64,000 bases of DNA from an uncultured Flavobacteriales bacterium (GTDB taxonomy: Bacteria; Bacteroidota; Bacteroidia; Flavobacteriales; BACL11): positions 457,200-521,199 of the forward strand of contig CALSQD010000001.1 of NCBI GenBank assembly GCA_943788405.1, read 5' to 3'. Positions 49,335-57,801 of the stretch are shown here, in pieces. Below the pieces are notes generated by a model. It made no database searches. It was not told the origin of the DNA and saw only the letters and a program-made list of their open reading frames with translations. Every line of letters begins with the position of its first letter. Position 1 is the stretch's first letter. The position numbers and the translations under genes were made by a program.

Positions 49335-49395
49335 ACTTTTAAACTTTAGTTTTCGTTAGAAGTCATAAAAGTACTAATCTTTAAAATATATAGCC

Positions 49396-49815
49396 ATGAA
49401 AAAAATAGTTTTTAGTTTCCTGCTTCTTTTTGCAGCTTCTTTATTTATTACTCAAAATATTTCTGCACAAGTAGTAGTAAAGTCAAAACGCAACAAAACA
49501 ACCAAGAAGGTAACTGTTAAAAAACCAAATCGCCATAGAGGGGTTACTGTTAAAACAAGGCCTACTCATCATAACCCTCATAGAGTTGTGGTGGTAAAAC
49601 CTAACCGACCAAGAGTAATTGTAAAGCGCCCTAATCGAATCAGAAAAAATTATATTTGGGTAGATGGGCACTGGAAATGGAGCGATTTTTATGGTGATTA
49701 TATCTGGGTGCAAGGGAAGTGGATGCGTCAAAAAAGAGGTTATCATTGGGTCCCAGGTTTTTGGGAGATTAGTCTGGACGGATTTATTTGGATAGAAGGC
49801 TATTGGTCACGCTAG
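49396..49815 (+). CDS. Secreted basic protein with YXWGXW/WxxGxW repeats
   Basis: Signal peptide. Lys/Arg-rich VKKPNR/VKPNRPR/VKRPNRIR repeats, then WVDGHWKW, WVQGKWMR, WVPGFWEI and WIEGYWS. Confidence 0.7.
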   Translation: MKKIVFSFLLLFAASLFITQNISAQVVVKSKRNKTTKKVTVKKPNRHRGVTVKTRPTHHNPHRVVVVKPNRPRVIVKRPNRIRKNYIWVDGHWKWSDFYGDYIWVQGKWMRQKRGYHWVPGFWEISLDGFIWIEGYWSR

Positions 49816-49909
49816 TATTTTATCATCTTTTCCTGTTGAAAAGTATTATTAGTCAGCCTCTTTCTTCCTTTCTTCCTTTGTAATTTTGAGAAGATTAAAA
49901 TTTTTAAAA

Positions 49910-50908
49910 ATGCAAAAATCTATTCTATACATTGGCGTACTCCTTTTGGGGCTAAGTGCTTGTGTAACTCCAAAAATTCATAACGCTTTAATTGCTGATC
50001 AAGAAAGTACAAAATTAGCATTAACTTCATCTGAAAAAAAGGCACTTGCCTTGGCTAGTAATTTGGAAGAAAAGGAAGGGACTATAGTTTCTTTGCAAAC
50101 CCAAATTTCTGAGTTGAGAAATGATTCTGTTCAGAATGGAAAATCCTTAGTTATTTTACAAAATAAATATGATGAATTGAGTGATGCTTATGATTTGCTG
50201 ACTTCCAAGAATAGCCGATACATGGCCGATAAAGCTAAAGAAACCAAAAAACTTTTGGAACAATTGGAAGAAGCTCAAACTGAACTTTTTGCAAAAGAAG
50301 ATGAATTAAATAAACTATCTAACTCCTTAGATGCAAAAGAGAATGAATTGAAATTAGCACAGGAAGAGTTAGAGGCTCGATCGGTTAGAGTAACTGAGCT
50401 AGAAATGATAATTAATAAAAAAGATTCAATTGTTACTGCTTTAAAACAATCTATCTCAAAAGCATTAAGAGGGCTAGAAGGAGAAGGGCTAACGATAGTT
50501 CAGAAAAATGGAAAAGTATATATTTCACTAGAGGAAGATTTGTTATTTGCATCAGGAAAATATGTAGTAAATAGCGGAGGAGTAGCTGCATTGAATAAGT
50601 TGGCAACTGCACTTTCGGTACAGAAAGATTTAGAGATATTAGTAGAAGGACATACCGATAATATCCCTTTAAGTGGTAGGGGTTTGGTAAAGGATAATTG
50701 GGATTTAAGCGTGATGCGTGCTACAAATGTGGTAAAAGTATTGCTTCAAAATCCAAGTTTAGATCCTTTGCAATTAACAGCTGCAGGTAGAGCTGAATTT
50801 ATGCCTATTGCTGAAAATGACACTAAACAAGGAAGAAGCGCCAATAGAAGGATTGAAATGATTCTTTCTCCTAATTTGGACGATTTATATAACCTATTAG
50901 AAGAATAA
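49910..50908 (+). CDS. OmpA/MotB-family lipoprotein with long coiled coil
   Basis: Start set at MQKSILYIGVLLLGLSAC (lipobox). Central heptad-rich region and a C-terminal OmpA-like domain with GHTDN and SANRRIEM. Confidence 0.85.
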   Translation: MQKSILYIGVLLLGLSACVTPKIHNALIADQESTKLALTSSEKKALALASNLEEKEGTIVSLQTQISELRNDSVQNGKSLVILQNKYDELSDAYDLLTSKNSRYMADKAKETKKLLEQLEEAQTELFAKEDELNKLSNSLDAKENELKLAQEELEARSVRVTELEMIINKKDSIVTALKQSISKALRGLEGEGLTIVQKNGKVYISLEEDLLFASGKYVVNSGGVAALNKLATALSVQKDLEILVEGHTDNIPLSGRGLVKDNWDLSVMRATNVVKVLLQNPSLDPLQLTAAGRAEFMPIAENDTKQGRSANRRIEMILSPNLDDLYNLLEE

Positions 50909-50909
50909 G

Positions 50910-51257
50910 ATGAAACATTTACCTTTAATTATATTATGTATTATTGCTTTTTTCTTTTTGAAGAAAAGATTTTTTGACAATACGGATTATAAATCCATGC
51001 TTGCTAATGGTGGAATTATTATTGATGTGAGGTCAAGTGGAGAGTTTTTTGGAGGGCATATTGAAAACTCATTAAATATTCCATTAGGTGATTTGCCTGA
51101 TAAATTAGATTATCTAAAAGATAAAAACCAACCAATTATTACTTGTTGTGCTTCAGGAATGAGAAGTGCAGGAGCAGCAAAATTACTTTCAGCTAAAGGC
51201 TATACTAATGTAGTGAATGGTGGAGGTTGGTCCAGCTTAGAAAGTAAGCTCAAATAA
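50910..51257 (+). CDS. Rhodanese-domain protein (membrane-anchored)
   Basis: N-terminal TM helix and the active-site loop CASGMRS. Confidence 0.8.
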   Translation: MKHLPLIILCIIAFFFLKKRFFDNTDYKSMLANGGIIIDVRSSGEFFGGHIENSLNIPLGDLPDKLDYLKDKNQPIITCCASGMRSAGAAKLLSAKGYTNVVNGGGWSSLESKLK

Positions 51258-51264
51258 AACTGAG

Positions 51265-51963
51265 GTGTCAGTTTTTAAATTCAAACAGTTTTCCATAATA
51301 CAAGAAAAATCAGCCATGAAAGTGGGGACTGATGGCGTATTGCTTGGGAGTTGGGTAACTTGCAAACACGCAAATACTATTTTAGATATTGGCTGTGGCA
51401 CAGGATTGATAGCATTGATGCTTGCGCAAAGAAACTCAAAAAGCAGCATTACTGGAATTGAAATTGATGCAATAGCTAGTCAAGAAGCACAGTTGAATGT
51501 TAGTAATTCTGATTGGCAAGAAAGGATTAAGATTGAGCATACATCTTTGCAAGATTTTAAACCTCAAACTCAATTTGATTTAATCGTTAGCAATCCTCCT
51601 TTTTTTCATGAAAATAAAGCGCAAGATAGAAGGTCGACTGCACGGCACACCAACACTCTTTCTTTTGAGGAGTTAGTTGAGAGTGCTGCAAATTTACTTT
51701 CAGCAAAAGGAATTTTGGGGGTAATTATTCCTAAATCTGCTGAGGTTAATTTTTGTAAAATTGCTGCATCCCATAATTTATATTGTAATAGAGTTTGTAA
51801 TGTAAAGGGGAATGAAAATGTAGCGGTAAAAAGAGTAATGTTAGAATTTTCTTTTTTCAAATCTGAAACGACAACAGAACATTTAACAATTGAAACAGCA
51901 AGACATCAGTACACGGTTGAGTACATACAATTGTGTAAGGATTTTTATTTGAAGATGTGTTAG
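51265..51963 (+). CDS. tRNA (adenine-N6)-methyltransferase-like SAM-dependent methyltransferase (YfiC/TrmN6 family)
   Basis: FKFKQFSIIQEKSAMKVGTDGVLLG at the N-terminus, SAM motif DIGCGTGLIALM and catalytic NPPF. GTG start. Confidence 0.8.
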   Translation: MSVFKFKQFSIIQEKSAMKVGTDGVLLGSWVTCKHANTILDIGCGTGLIALMLAQRNSKSSITGIEIDAIASQEAQLNVSNSDWQERIKIEHTSLQDFKPQTQFDLIVSNPPFFHENKAQDRRSTARHTNTLSFEELVESAANLLSAKGILGVIIPKSAEVNFCKIAASHNLYCNRVCNVKGNENVAVKRVMLEFSFFKSETTTEHLTIETARHQYTVEYIQLCKDFYLKMC

Positions 51964-52054
51964 AATTTTATATTTAAGCATATAACTTTAATAGTATTTG
52001 TATATTTAAAGTAATATCTTTAATATTGCACAATCAATTTAAAGTTATAACTTT

Positions 52055-52498
52055 ATGGAAAGTTCAGAAACTCAATTATTATTGAATCAAACCCAAGATA
52101 AAATCAATTCTTTTTCTGTATTAAAATCTGTAGAAAAACCAGATAAAGGTTGGGTGAATACTATTCGTATTTCCATTAAAATGTCATTAAGGCAATTAGG
52201 AGAAAGGCTTCATATTTCCCCTCAAGGCGTTAAGGATTTGGAAAAAAGAGAAGAGTCAGGGTCAATTACTATTAATTCCTTAAAAGAAGTAGGTCGTGCT
52301 TTGGATATGGATTTGGTATATGGGTTTATTTCTCGCCACAATAGCTTAGAGGCTATGATTGAAGAAAGAGCAAGAGAAATTGCAGAGGAGGTTATTCTAA
52401 AAACAAATAAAGTGGGTTCCGATAAAGAAATAAAAAAAGCAATAGAGAAAAAAACTTATGAGATAGCATCTAAAATGCCATCCTATTTGTGGGATTAG
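52055..52498 (+). CDS. HTH (XRE-type) protein of the 'mobile mystery protein A' family
   Basis: GWVNTIRISIKMSLRQLGERLHISPQGVKDLEKREESGSITINSLKEVGRALDMDLVYGF plus the C-terminal ...MPSYLWD match my recollection of the TIGR02612 pattern. Confidence 0.65.
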   Translation: MESSETQLLLNQTQDKINSFSVLKSVEKPDKGWVNTIRISIKMSLRQLGERLHISPQGVKDLEKREESGSITINSLKEVGRALDMDLVYGFISRHNSLEAMIEERAREIAEEVILKTNKVGSDKEIKKAIEKKTYEIASKMPSYLWD

Positions 52499-52700
52499 TT
52501 GTGAGCAAGGGATTATTGCATGATTCCGTTTTGGTTTATTACAAAAGCAAAGTCCTAACTCAATTGTTCGTTTTGCAATTTTCATTTGAATTTTCTTGCA
52601 AATAAATTTGTGTTAAATTAAAAAGGAAGGGATATTTCGATTGTTCCAATCTCAAGAATTTTATTTCGAACAAGGGTTCTCATCAAACTTAAACTATCTT

Positions 52701-52738
52701 AAAACAAGAAAATACCCATTTGGGTATTTTCTTGTTTT
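52701..52738 (-). terminator. Perfect 18-bp hairpin immediately 3' of tRNA-Ser
   Basis: aaaacaagaaaataccca-tt-tgggtattttcttgtttt, with A/T runs at both ends. Confidence 0.8.
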
Positions 52739-52741
52739 ATG

Positions 52742-52828
52742 CGGTGAGGAAGGGATTCGAACCCCCGAAACAGTTTCCAGTTTACACGCTTTCCAAGCGT
52801 GCGCCTTAAGCCACTCGGCCACCTCACC
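52742..52828 (-). tRNA. tRNA-Ser (anticodon GGA)
   Basis: The reverse complement GGTGAGGTGGCCGAGTGG...CTTGGAAAGCG...GGTTCGAATCCCTTCCTCACCG folds as a cloverleaf: 7-bp acceptor stem, long variable arm and T-loop GGTTCGAATCC. CCA is not encoded. Confidence 0.9.
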
Positions 52829-52851
52829 AATTGGGCAGCAAATCTAAAAAA

Positions 52852-53853
52852 TTAGTTGGTAATCTCTCCCCTTATATTTTTTTGTAATTCTGCTTTAATC
52901 TCTCCATCATTCAATCCTTTTCCTAACAAGAACATCAGTTTAGTAATAGCTGCCTCAGTAGTTAAATCTTTTCCAGAAATAACTCCAGCTTTCCCAAATG
53001 GTTCGCTTGTTTCGTATTGCCCGTCAACTGCACTACCGTGTAAGCATTGGGTAATATTAATCATTATTTTCCCTTCCTTATTTGCAGTTGTAAGTAAAGC
53101 GCTTAACTCAGGTGAGGTAGGTGCATTTCCTGCTCCAAAACTCTCAATAATAATTCCCCTTGCACTATTAATAATTGCTTTAATAGTAGCAATAGTAATT
53201 CCAGGAAATAATTTTAAAATAGCTACATTATCGGATAATGATTTGTGAACTAAAAGATTGTTTTCATCCTTTTTTTGTAATGTTCTTTTGTACTTTATTT
53301 TTACTCCTGCTTCAGCTAATATTGGATAGTTAGGTGATTCAAAAGCTTCAAAATGTTCGGTATTTATTTTTACAGTTCTGTTTCCTTTATATAGTTGGTC
53401 TTCAAAATAAATACAGACTTCATGTACTTTTCCGCTAGTTGCAATTTCGACTGCTGTAATTAGGTTTTCCTTGGCATCACTTCTTCTAACTCCTATAGGA
53501 ATCTGTGAACCTGTAAAGATGACTGCCTTGTTTAATCCTTCCAACATAAAGCTCAGTGCTGATGCTGTGTAGGCCATAGTGTCCGATCCATGCAAAATGA
53601 CAAAGCCATCATAATTACTATAATTATCTTCAACAATTGTGGCTATTTCTATCCATACACTTGCATTTATATTGCTAGAGTCAATAGGATTAGAAATACT
53701 GATGTTGTCTAAATCCACTTCATCACTTTTTAGTTCAGGAATTGCTTTAAGTAATTCATCAAAATTAAAGGGAACTAAAGTGTTTTTTACTTTATCCTTT
53801 ACCATTCCGATAGTTCCACCGGTATAGATAAGTAGTATTTTTTTATTCATCAT
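52852..53853 (-). CDS. ansA: L-asparaginase, type I
   Basis: YTGGTIGM threonine motif, HGSDTMAYTA, and 333 aa length. Confidence 0.9.
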   Translation of the reverse strand: MMNKKILLIYTGGTIGMVKDKVKNTLVPFNFDELLKAIPELKSDEVDLDNISISNPIDSSNINASVWIEIATIVEDNYSNYDGFVILHGSDTMAYTASALSFMLEGLNKAVIFTGSQIPIGVRRSDAKENLITAVEIATSGKVHEVCIYFEDQLYKGNRTVKINTEHFEAFESPNYPILAEAGVKIKYKRTLQKKDENNLLVHKSLSDNVAILKLFPGITIATIKAIINSARGIIIESFGAGNAPTSPELSALLTTANKEGKIMINITQCLHGSAVDGQYETSEPFGKAGVISGKDLTTEAAITKLMFLLGKGLNDGEIKAELQKNIRGEITN

Positions 53854-54623
53854 AATCCGAATAATTTTTTTGCATTTAAGGTAGTCGTTTCAGCCACTTT
53901 TTTAATGCCAATTTGATGTACATCTGCTAATTTTTCAGCAATATTTACAATGTACTTGCTTTCGTTTCTTTTCCCTCTGAAAGGAGTAGGAGCAAGGTAA
54001 GGCGAATCTGTTTCTAAAATTAAATGTTTTAAATCAACTTTAGCAATAGTTTTGTCTAATCCAGAGTTTTTAAAAGTAAGTACTCCTCCGATTCCTAAAT
54101 AAAAACCATCCAAATTGATGACTCTTTGAGCCTCTTCAGCATTGCCAGTAAAACAATGAAAAACACCTCTTAAATTTTCATCATTTAGTTTTTCAATAAT
54201 TTTAATTGCTTCAGCAAAAGAATCACGCACATGAATGGCAATCGGTAATTTGTATTTTTTAGCCAACTCAATTTGGTAAATAAATGCTTCTTTTTGTACT
54301 TCAAGTTTTGTTTTGTCCCAATATAAATCTAGGCCAATTTCACCTACTGCAATATAAACTCCTTTTGCTAATTCCTCCTCTACATGAGCTAACTCCTCCT
54401 TTATGTTTTCGTATTTTACATCACAAGGGTGTAAACCCATCATTGGATAGCAATTATTAGGGAATTCAGTACATAAATCTAACATTCCTTTTGTGTATTC
54501 ACTGGAGATATTTGGTAATAGAATAGTAGAAACGCCAGCAGCAATTGCTTCATTAACGGCATTAGTTCGGTCTTCATCAAACTGGCTGCTGTATAAATGG
54601 CTATGGGTATCAATAAATTGCAT
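53850..54623 (-). CDS. TatD-family metal-dependent hydrolase
   Basis: IDTHSHL, a mid-protein HCF motif and ETDSPYLAP. Confidence 0.9.
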   Translation of the reverse strand: MQFIDTHSHLYSSQFDEDRTNAVNEAIAAGVSTILLPNISSEYTKGMLDLCTEFPNNCYPMMGLHPCDVKYENIKEELAHVEEELAKGVYIAVGEIGLDLYWDKTKLEVQKEAFIYQIELAKKYKLPIAIHVRDSFAEAIKIIEKLNDENLRGVFHCFTGNAEEAQRVINLDGFYLGIGGVLTFKNSGLDKTIAKVDLKHLILETDSPYLAPTPFRGKRNESKYIVNIAEKLADVHQIGIKKVAETTTLNAKKLFGL

Positions 54624-54660
54624 GGCTGCAAAACTAGGATAAATTTCTTAGTTTTACCCT

Positions 54661-55617
54661 GTGCAAGAACCACTTAAAATATTAGTTGTCCGATTCTCGT
54701 CAATTGGCGATATTGTACTTACTTCTCTAGTGGTACGGATGCTTAAAAAACAATTGAATGCACAGGTACATTATCTTACCAAATCAAGCTATATTTCTTT
54801 GTTAAAGAACAATCCTTATATTGATTCAGTCTATCAGATTAATGATTCTATAAATGAGGTAATTGCTGATTTGAAACAAGAGAACTATGATTATGTAATT
54901 GATTTGCATAATAACTTGAGAACACAAATTTTAAAATTCAGATTGGGTGTTCCTGCAAAGAGTTTCAATAAACTGAATATGGAAAAGTTCATGCTAACCA
55001 CCTTTAAGTTGGATAGTATGCCAAAGGTTCATATTGTGGATAGATACCTTGAAACAGTAAAACATTTGGGAATTAAAAATGATAATGAAGGCTTAGATTT
55101 CTTCCTTTCTGCCACTGATAAAGTGGATGTTAGTATTTTTCCTAAGGACTATATTGTTTTTGTTATTGGTGGGCAACATGCAACTAAAATATTGCCAAAT
55201 GAAAAGATTATTTCTATAATCAAAAAAGTAAATAAACCTGTATTGCTTATTGGTGGCCCTGAAGATTTTGAAAGGGGAGAACAAATAATTGAAAACACTA
55301 CTAATAGTATAAATACTTGTGGTAAGTATTCTGTTTTACAATCGGCATCACTTATTCAACAAGCCAAAATGGTAATTACACACGATACAGGAATGATGCA
55401 TATTGCAGCTGCTTTTAATAAAAAGATTTATTCTGTTTGGGGAAATACTGTACCTGAATTTGGGATGTATCCTTATCTAGAAAATGAACAATCAAAAAGG
55501 ATTGAGGTAAAGGGTTTGAATTGCCGACCTTGTTCTAAAATTGGGTATTCAAAATGCCCAAAGGGACATTTTAAATGTATGCAAGAAATTGATGAAAATT
55601 TATTTCTAAGCGAATAA
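54661..55617 (+). CDS. Glycosyltransferase family 9 (heptosyltransferase-like)
   Basis: KILVVRFSSIGDIVLTS at the N-terminus and a C-terminal ITHDTGMMHIAAA. GTG start. Confidence 0.8.
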   Translation: MQEPLKILVVRFSSIGDIVLTSLVVRMLKKQLNAQVHYLTKSSYISLLKNNPYIDSVYQINDSINEVIADLKQENYDYVIDLHNNLRTQILKFRLGVPAKSFNKLNMEKFMLTTFKLDSMPKVHIVDRYLETVKHLGIKNDNEGLDFFLSATDKVDVSIFPKDYIVFVIGGQHATKILPNEKIISIIKKVNKPVLLIGGPEDFERGEQIIENTTNSINTCGKYSVLQSASLIQQAKMVITHDTGMMHIAAAFNKKIYSVWGNTVPEFGMYPYLENEQSKRIEVKGLNCRPCSKIGYSKCPKGHFKCMQEIDENLFLSE

Positions 55618-56115
55618 AGCTTTCAGCTCTGTAGCTTCACTCGGCTTCATTCTTCCGGATAAGATTAAAGATAATTGTCTTCTTCTTAATGCACCTTCAA
55701 AACGACTTTTTTCTTCTTTAGTTTCTGCAACTAAACTAGGTACATCAATAGGGTTCCCTAACTGATCTACCGCTACAAAAGTATAAATTGCTTCATTGCA
55801 TTTTACTTTTCCTTTGTGCTGATTATTTTCCATCCAAACATCAACAATTACTTCCATTGATGAGGTGAAAGCACGAGATACTTTGGCTTCAAGTGTTACA
55901 ATACTTCCTGCAGGAATTGCTTTGGCAAAAGAGACATTATTCACAGATGCAGTAACTACAATTCTTCCACAATGCCTATGTGCAGCAATTGCAGTTGCAA
56001 TATCCATCCAATGCAAAAGTCTTCCTCCCATAAGATTATCTAAGTTATTAGTATCGTTAGGAAGTACTATTTCTGTAGTAATAGATAAGGATTCGATTGC
56101 CTTTTTTGATTTCAT
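55606..56115 (-). CDS. Acyl-CoA thioesterase (hotdog fold, YciA-like)
   Basis: PNDTNNLDNLMGGRLLHWMD motif, 169 aa. Confidence 0.8.
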   Translation of the reverse strand: MKSKKAIESLSITTEIVLPNDTNNLDNLMGGRLLHWMDIATAIAAHRHCGRIVVTASVNNVSFAKAIPAGSIVTLEAKVSRAFTSSMEVIVDVWMENNQHKGKVKCNEAIYTFVAVDQLGNPIDVPSLVAETKEEKSRFEGALRRRQLSLILSGRMKPSEATELKALFA

Positions 56116-56120
56116 AATTT

Positions 56121-57068
56121 TTATTTAGTTAGCAACCAAGCAGCTGAATTTTCTTGCTTTATTTTGTTTAGAGCAAGGATAGCATCTTCTCTATTATTAA
56201 AAGAATCATAACTAACACGCATTAAATTTCCTCCTGGAACAATCTCAGTATTGTAATTCCATTTCTTAAGTTTTGCAATCATTTTATCTGCATTTTTCTG
56301 TTCAGCAAATGCTCCTGCAATAATATAATACATCTTTTCTGTAATAATGTTTGGAGCAATTTCTTCTTTAATAATCTCAGCTATTGGTGAAGGTTCAACT
56401 TCAATGTTTATTTCAGTAATCACTTCAGTAATTGGCTTTTCAATTGCAGTATTTTCAAACGGATTTAAACTTGCCATTTGTGTGTAAACTGTGTTGATTC
56501 TATCTTGCTGAGTTATGCTAATATAAGAAAGTGCAATCAAAGGAATAATAACTGCAGCAGCTTTTAAAAATGTTCTTGGATTATTACTTTGTGATCGAAT
56601 AGATTTAATTGTAGCGGCTACTTTTTCTTCTACAATAGTTTCTCTTTCAACAGTTTTGTTGTGAGTAGCTTTCATCCCAAAAGCATCTAAGCTATAATTG
56701 CTTGTGCTGTCTTGTAGGAAAATAATATTCCCTTCTCTACCCAAAGTGAATAAACCGATTTTATCTATGCGTAAAACTTTTGATCCGTCTAATTTTGCAG
56801 TAATTTTAGTAGCATAATTTGCTACTTCATTTTTGGCTATCTCTTGTGTAATTTCCTCTTGATTAGAAACATGAGTAATTAATAAACCATCATTCGTTTT
56901 TAAGTTCGCATTAAAAAGAATTTGCTTAGATGGAGGACTTAATACACCTGTTGTCTTGTTTAATTTGGCAGATTGAGGGTTCCCCACAAATCCTCCGAAA
57001 TTAGGAAGGATTACACAATCATGTAAAAATAAGAGTTCCGAAATATAGTGTTCAACCGTTTTATTCAT
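56121..57068 (-). CDS. HU-CCDC81-like N-terminal domain plus C-terminal SPOR-domain protein
   Basis: ILPNFGGFVGN (HU-CCDC81 pattern), a central TM segment and a C-terminal YYIIAGAF...REDA...LNKIK SPOR-like domain. Confidence 0.7.
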   Translation of the reverse strand: MNKTVEHYISELLFLHDCVILPNFGGFVGNPQSAKLNKTTGVLSPPSKQILFNANLKTNDGLLITHVSNQEEITQEIAKNEVANYATKITAKLDGSKVLRIDKIGLFTLGREGNIIFLQDSTSNYSLDAFGMKATHNKTVERETIVEEKVAATIKSIRSQSNNPRTFLKAAAVIIPLIALSYISITQQDRINTVYTQMASLNPFENTAIEKPITEVITEINIEVEPSPIAEIIKEEIAPNIITEKMYYIIAGAFAEQKNADKMIAKLKKWNYNTEIVPGGNLMRVSYDSFNNREDAILALNKIKQENSAAWLLTK

Positions 57069-57087
57069 AGGAACAAAACTAAGGAAT

Positions 57088-57801
57088 TTATCTCATTTGG
57101 GCTTTAATTTTTGCAATATCCTCAGGGGTGTCAACCGATAGCCCTTCATGAGTAGTAATCCCTACCTTGATTAAATAGTTATTGTCTAGCCACCTGAGTT
57201 GTTCTAAGCGTTCATTTATTTCATTTTTAGATGGCGATAATTTGCAAATTTCAGCTAGTGTTTTAGTACGGTAGCCATATATTCCAATGTGTTTGAAATA
57301 GGTTTTTTCATCTGAAAAATCAGTAATTTCTCTGCAAAAATTTTGTGCAATTCCGTTTGCATCAAAAATTGCTTTAGGGCTATTTATATCTGAAATTATT
57401 TTCTTGTCTTCAATCTTTTTTGCCAAAGTTGCAATGCTTACTTCAGTTTCAGTAAATAAATTAGCTACTTGATCAATTTGTTCAGGATTAATGTAGGGTT
57501 CATCTCCTTGAATATTAATAGCAATATCGTATTGTTCAGTTAAGGTTTGAATAACTTCATTGCACCTATCAGTTCCTGAAGGATGATCACAGGAAGTCAT
57601 AATAGCTTTTCCACCAAAGTTTAAAACATGATTAAAAATTCGTTCATCATCAGTAGCCACTATAACCTCAGCAAGTGAAGATGCTTTTTTGCATTGTTCG
57701 TACACTCTCTGAATCATGCTTTTCCCAAGAATATCAGCTAAAGGTTTCCCTGGGAAACGGCTTGAACCATAACGAGCAGGAATTATGCCGATTATATTCA
57801 T
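57088..57801 (-). CDS. kdsB: 3-deoxy-manno-octulosonate cytidylyltransferase
   Basis: IIPARYGSSRFPGKPL and IQGDEPYI motifs. Confidence 0.95.
   Translation of the reverse strand: MNIIGIIPARYGSSRFPGKPLADILGKSMIQRVYEQCKKASSLAEVIVATDDERIFNHVLNFGGKAIMTSCDHPSGTDRCNEVIQTLTEQYDIAINIQGDEPYINPEQIDQVANLFTETEVSIATLAKKIEDKKIISDINSPKAIFDANGIAQNFCREITDFSDEKTYFKHIGIYGYRTKTLAEICKLSPSKNEINERLEQLRWLDNNYLIKVGITTHEGLSVDTPEDIAKIKAQMR

Noticed and set aside
52624-52645. Partial direct repeat of the tRNA-Ser 3' end (aggaagggat...ttcga), about 100 nt from the tRNA, which could be an att-site scar.
   Set aside because: Only about 14 matching positions with an internal gap. The enclosed segment is just the terminator hairpin, and no integrase lies nearby. 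It is too weak to call an integration scar without comparative data.
52641-52847. 68-aa plus-strand ORF overlapping the tRNA region.
   Set aside because: It is the antisense read-through of tRNA-Ser and its terminator hairpin, not a coding sequence.
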